A stretch of 20,000 nucleotides of DNA, from the sequence record SRR20825019_354. One strand, given 5' to 3'. Shown here piece by piece: positions 15,964-20,000 of the stretch. The notes under the pieces were generated by a model. That model ran no database searches and was not told the DNA's origin. It saw only the letters and a list, made by a program, of their open reading frames with translations. The translations under genes were made by a program, and so were the position numbers. Within the stretch, counting starts at the first letter, position 1; every line of letters begins with the position of its first letter.

Positions 15964-17199
15964 ATGACTCCTACTACCCTATTTTTTATACTAATTGCAA
16001 TTATCATTATAGAGTTTGTTATCGATACAACTTTAGATGTTTTAAATGCTAAACACTATGGTGATAAACTTCCGGAACCATTACAAGATGTTTACGACAC
16101 AGAGGAATATTTAAAATCTCAGGCTTATAAAAAAGAGCGTTTTAAATTTAGTATGGTCTCCAGTGTATTTTCCTTAGTATTGCTTTTAGCTTTTTTCTTC
16201 CTAGATGGCTTTGCTTTTGTTGATGAGTTAGCAAGACAATATACAGATCATCCCATTTTAATAGCGCTTATCTTTTTTGGTATTATTATGTTGGGTAGCG
16301 ACATACTAACTACACCATTTTCATATTACAGCACATTTGTTATCGAAGAAAAATATGGTTTTAATAAAACAACGCAAAAAACCTTTGTGCTTGACAAAAT
16401 TAAGGGCTGGTTTATGCTCATAATAGTAGGTGGCGCACTTTTATCGCTAATAATCTGGTTTTACCAATGGGCAGGATCTTCATTCTGGTTATATGCTTGG
16501 GCAGTTATCGCTGTATTTTCTGTTGTGATGAATATGTTTTATGCAAAACTCATAGTCCCATTATTTAACAAACAAACACCTTTAGAAGATGGTTCACTAA
16601 GACAAAAAATTGAAGCATATGCAAGTAAAGTTGGGTTTAAGTTAGATAACATATTTGTAATAGATGGTTCTAAAAGAAGTACAAAAGCAAATGCCTACTT
16701 CTCAGGATTTGGTCGTGAAAAACGCATTACACTGTACGATACCTTAATAAATGATTTAGAAGAAGAAGAAATAGTAGCAGTTCTTGCACATGAGGTTGGG
16801 CATTATAAGAAAAACCATATTATAATTAATTTAATCACCTCCATAGCATTAACAGGCCTTACGCTTTGGTTACTTTCTTTGTGTATTGGTAGTCCATTAT
16901 TATCACAGGCATTAGGAGTAGCTACACCAAGTTTTCATATAGGCTTAATTGCATTTGGAATACTATATAGTCCAATCTCAGAAATCACGAGCTTACTTAT
17001 GAATTTTATTTCAAGAGCTTTTGAATATCAAGCAGATAACTTTGCCAAAGAAACCTATGCTGGAGCGCCATTAATTTCTGGATTAAAAACACTGTCTAAA
17101 AATAGTTTAAGCAATTTAACACCACATCCTGCTTATGTTTTTATGCATTATTCACATCCAACATTATTACAGCGTTTTCGTAATATTTCTTCTACATAA
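15964..17199 (+). CDS. M48 family zinc metallopeptidase (Ste24/CAAX protease-like)
   Basis: Multiple TM segments, DGSKRSTKANAYFSG, HEVGH, EYQAD and YSHP. Confidence 0.92.
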   Translation: MTPTTLFFILIAIIIIEFVIDTTLDVLNAKHYGDKLPEPLQDVYDTEEYLKSQAYKKERFKFSMVSSVFSLVLLLAFFFLDGFAFVDELARQYTDHPILIALIFFGIIMLGSDILTTPFSYYSTFVIEEKYGFNKTTQKTFVLDKIKGWFMLIIVGGALLSLIIWFYQWAGSSFWLYAWAVIAVFSVVMNMFYAKLIVPLFNKQTPLEDGSLRQKIEAYASKVGFKLDNIFVIDGSKRSTKANAYFSGFGREKRITLYDTLINDLEEEEIVAVLAHEVGHYKKNHIIINLITSIALTGLTLWLLSLCIGSPLLSQALGVATPSFHIGLIAFGILYSPISEITSLLMNFISRAFEYQADNFAKETYAGAPLISGLKTLSKNSLSNLTPHPAYVFMHYSHPTLLQRFRNISST

Positions 17200-17231
17200 T
17201 TCTATATAGTTTGCTATCTTAGTCATAGCAT

Positions 17232-19439
17232 ATGATGACAGACTTACAAATAGAACAAGAGAACATTGCAATTGCGAGTGAGTATAAAAAATTACTTCGC
17301 ATTAGCTATAGAATGCTCTCCAAAGAAGACAAGAAACTTATTAGGCAGGCATTTGAAGTTGCCGTAGATGCCCATAAGGAACAACGCCGAAAATCTGGCG
17401 AAGCCTATATTTTTCATCCAATAGCCGTTGCCAAAATAGTTGCATCTGAGATTGGTATGGATGCTACCTCAATTGCTGCTGCTCTTCTTCACGATGTCGT
17501 TGAAGACACTACATATACTTCAGAAGACATCGAAAAAATGTTTGGAGAAACCGTTGCTCGTATTGTAGATGGCCTAACTAAAATCTCAAGCTTAGAAAGC
17601 GAAACAGACGTTTCATTGCAAGCAGAAAATTTTAGAAAAATGCTGTTAACACTTAATGATGACGTTCGTGTGATCATTATAAAAATAGCAGACCGCTTAC
17701 ATAATATGCAGACTATGGAAAGTATGCGAGCGGACAAACAAGTTAAGATAGCCTCTGAAACCTTATACATTTATGCACCTTTAGCACATAGAATTGGTTT
17801 ATATAAAATTAAAACTGAATTAGAAGATTTAAGTTTAAAATATACTGAACCAGATGTTTATCAAGATATTCACGATAAAATAAAAGAGACTAAAGAAGAA
17901 CAGGATGATTATATTAGAGAGTTTTCAAACATTATAGAAAATTCACTTAATGCAGAAGGTTTAAATTACGAAATAAAAGGACGCCCAAAATCTATACATT
18001 CTATTAGGCTTAAGATGGAAAAACAAAATGTAAGCTTTGATGAGGTTTACGATAAGTTTGCCGTTCGTATTATTTATAAAAGTGATTCTGCCAACGAGAA
18101 ATTCTTAGCTTGGAAAATTTATTCAATAGTTACAGACCATTTTAGACCTAATCCTGTTAGACTTCGCGATTGGATCTCTTCACCAAAATCTACCGGATAT
18201 GAAGCATTGCACATTACTGTAATGGGTCCTAAAGGCCGTTGGGTTGAAGTTCAAATACGTAGCCAGCGTATGAATGAGATTGCAGAAAAAGGTTATGCTG
18301 CGCACTTTAAATACAAGCAAGGTGAAACAAATGAGCAAGAATTAGAGCAATGGCTTAACAAATTACAAGATGCTTTAGAAAACACAGAAAGTAATGCTGT
18401 TGATTTTGTTGAAGAGTTCAAACTTAACCTATACTCAAAAGAAATATTCGTATTTACGCCTAAAGGAGATTTAAAATCGCTCCCTAAAGGTGCAACTCCA
18501 TTAGATTTTGCTTTCAGCATTCATACAGAAGTAGGTTTAAAAACAAGAGGCGCACGAGTAAATAGTAAATTAGTACCATTAAGCCATACCTTAAAAAGTG
18601 GAGACCAAGTAGATATTATAACCTCTAATAGTGCAAAACCAACCTCCAACTGGTTAGATTATGCCACTACAGCGAGAGCTCGTAGTAAAATTAAAAGCGC
18701 ATTAAAAGAGTCTAAAAAAGAACTTGCCGAAGAAGGAAAAGCTGTTTTAACTAGAAAACTTAGAGCTCAAAAAATTCCTTTAAATGAAAGAACTATAAAT
18801 GAGCTAGTTGTATTTTTTAAACTGAAAACAAGTTTAGATTTATTTTACCGAGTTGGAAATGGTAGTATAGATAATCATAGCTTAAAAGAATTTGCGGCTT
18901 CGCGTAGTAATGCCTTAGTATCATTCTTTAAAAATAAAATAAAAAGACAACCTTCTTCTCAAGATATTAATAAGGATGAAATCACTACTAATTATGACCT
19001 ATTAGTATTTGGAAAGGAAGAAGAGAAAATGGATTACAAAATTGCAAATTGTTGTAATCCTATTCCTGGAGATTCTGTTTTTGGGTTTATTACAGTTAGT
19101 GATGGTATAAAAGTTCATAAAAACAACTGTCCAAATGCAATACAATTACAAAGTAATTACGCCTATAGGATAATATCTGCTAAGTGGATAGACTCAACAC
19201 AAGAAGACTTTAGAGCAATTATAAAATTAACTGGTATAGATAATTTAGGTCTTGTAAACACTATCACTAAAGAAATTTCCAGAGAAATGCACGTAGACAT
19301 GAAACATATAAGTTTTGATAGTGACGATGGAATTTTCTCAGGTAAAATCACAGTTGTCGTTAAAAACAAAACCATACTCAAGGCACTTATGGATAACCTT
19401 AAAAAAATTAACGGCATCGACAAAGTTACCCGTGAATAA
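17232..19439 (+). CDS. Long RelA/SpoT homologue, probably bifunctional (p)ppGpp synthetase/hydrolase
   Basis: RKSGEAYIFHP, HDVVED, ADRLHN (HD domain); GRPK, GYEALH, EVQIR (synthetase); TGS (FTPKG...DFAFSIH); CCNPIPGD zinc finger; C-terminal ACT. Confidence 0.95.
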   Translation: MMTDLQIEQENIAIASEYKKLLRISYRMLSKEDKKLIRQAFEVAVDAHKEQRRKSGEAYIFHPIAVAKIVASEIGMDATSIAAALLHDVVEDTTYTSEDIEKMFGETVARIVDGLTKISSLESETDVSLQAENFRKMLLTLNDDVRVIIIKIADRLHNMQTMESMRADKQVKIASETLYIYAPLAHRIGLYKIKTELEDLSLKYTEPDVYQDIHDKIKETKEEQDDYIREFSNIIENSLNAEGLNYEIKGRPKSIHSIRLKMEKQNVSFDEVYDKFAVRIIYKSDSANEKFLAWKIYSIVTDHFRPNPVRLRDWISSPKSTGYEALHITVMGPKGRWVEVQIRSQRMNEIAEKGYAAHFKYKQGETNEQELEQWLNKLQDALENTESNAVDFVEEFKLNLYSKEIFVFTPKGDLKSLPKGATPLDFAFSIHTEVGLKTRGARVNSKLVPLSHTLKSGDQVDIITSNSAKPTSNWLDYATTARARSKIKSALKESKKELAEEGKAVLTRKLRAQKIPLNERTINELVVFFKLKTSLDLFYRVGNGSIDNHSLKEFAASRSNALVSFFKNKIKRQPSSQDINKDEITTNYDLLVFGKEEEKMDYKIANCCNPIPGDSVFGFITVSDGIKVHKNNCPNAIQLQSNYAYRIISAKWIDSTQEDFRAIIKLTGIDNLGLVNTITKEISREMHVDMKHISFDSDDGIFSGKITVVVKNKTILKALMDNLKKINGIDKVTRE

Positions 19440-19443
19440 TGAC

Positions 19444-19451
19444 TAAATTTG
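19444..19451 (+). promoter_or_regulatory. -7 promoter box (TAAATTTG) for fur-purA
   Basis: Exact TAnnTTTG, 10 nt before the ATG at 19462. Confidence 0.55.
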
Positions 19452-19461
19452 TGTCCTTATT

Positions 19462-19917
19462 ATGGAAATATCAAACTCACACCAAAACGACCAAGCGGTT
19501 GTTAAAAACGTTTTTACCAAGTTCTTAGAAGACAACAGTCATCGTAAGACACCAGAGCGTTTTGCCATTCTTCAAGAAATTTACGATAGTGAAGAACATT
19601 TTGATATAGAGTCACTCTACATTAAAATGAAAAATAAAAAATATCGTGTTAGCCGTGCAACACTTTACAATACTATAGAGCTTTTAATGGCTTGTGGTTT
19701 AGTAAGAAAACACCAATTTGGCAATGGTCATGCACAATATGAAAAATCATATTTTGACAAACAGCACGATCACGTTATACTTACGGATACTGGTGAGGTC
19801 ATAGAATTTTGTGATCCTAGAATTCAATCTATCAAACAAACTATCGAAGAAGTATTTGATATTTCTATAGATAAACACTCACTATACTTTTACGGAACCA
19901 AAAACCAAACTAAATAA
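19462..19917 (+). CDS. fur: Fur-family transcriptional regulator
   Basis: [31 protein letters not shown] and HDHVI...VIEF. Confidence 0.9.
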   Translation: MEISNSHQNDQAVVKNVFTKFLEDNSHRKTPERFAILQEIYDSEEHFDIESLYIKMKNKKYRVSRATLYNTIELLMACGLVRKHQFGNGHAQYEKSYFDKQHDHVILTDTGEVIEFCDPRIQSIKQTIEEVFDISIDKHSLYFYGTKNQTK

Positions 19918-19923
19918 ATACTT

Positions 19924-20000
19924 ATGGCAGTAGACTTGCTACTCGGCCTACAATGGGGCGATGAAGGAAAAGGAAAAATTGTAGATGTCCTTACAAAAGA
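19924..20000 (+). CDS. purA: Adenylosuccinate synthetase, N-terminus (truncated by the window)
   Basis: Translated by hand: MAVDLLLGLQWGDEGKGKIVDVLTK, containing the QWGDEGKGK signature. Confidence 0.95.
   Translation, partial: MAVDLLLGLQWGDEGKGKIVDVLTK

Noticed and set aside
4123..19423. Short antisense ORFs (4123-4398, 6137-6370, 6389-6634, 8068-8280, 8897-9211, 10535-10774, 13324-13581, 15469-15660, 17489-17770, 18293-18520, 19163-19423)
   Set aside because: All lie essentially within well-conserved genes on the opposite strand and have no recognisable motifs; they are shadow ORFs.
1..20000. CRISPR arrays, IS elements, tRNA/rRNA genes, prophage genes
   Set aside because: All intergenic gaps are under 200 nt and show no repeat-spacer pattern, cloverleaf or terminal inverted repeats, and no transposase or integrase ORF is present.

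Overview
AT-rich bacterial chromosome segment that reads as Bacteroidota/Flavobacteriaceae: TAnnTTTG promoter boxes, pheT without pheS, a rel-fur-purA order, and lipoproteins. It is mostly housekeeping. In order: partial YfhO-like membrane protein, glmM, ACP phosphodiesterase, gamma-glutamyltransferase, pheT, RdgB/HAM1, DEAD-box helicase, a carboxypeptidase-regulatory-domain protein, an interrupted lipoprotein, a vWA + AAA+ ATPase pair, a His/Met-rich lipoprotein, TrmH methyltransferase, M48 peptidase, RelA/SpoT, Fur and the start of purA. I found no mobile element, CRISPR array, rRNA or tRNA, and no clearly new multi-gene system. The most notable observations are: (i) a GC-rich leader on the DEAD-box helicase gene with two mutually exclusive pairings, one enclosing the start codon; (ii) the ggt signal peptide lies out of frame across an A6 run; (iii) an in-frame TAA interrupts a lipoprotein gene whose remainder is still open; (iv) a His/Met-rich metal-binding-like segment in a lipoprotein next to the vWA/AAA+ pair; (v) a degenerate REP-like palindrome inside the vWA-AAA+ pair. 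Family assignments come from motif recognition only; no searches were run.
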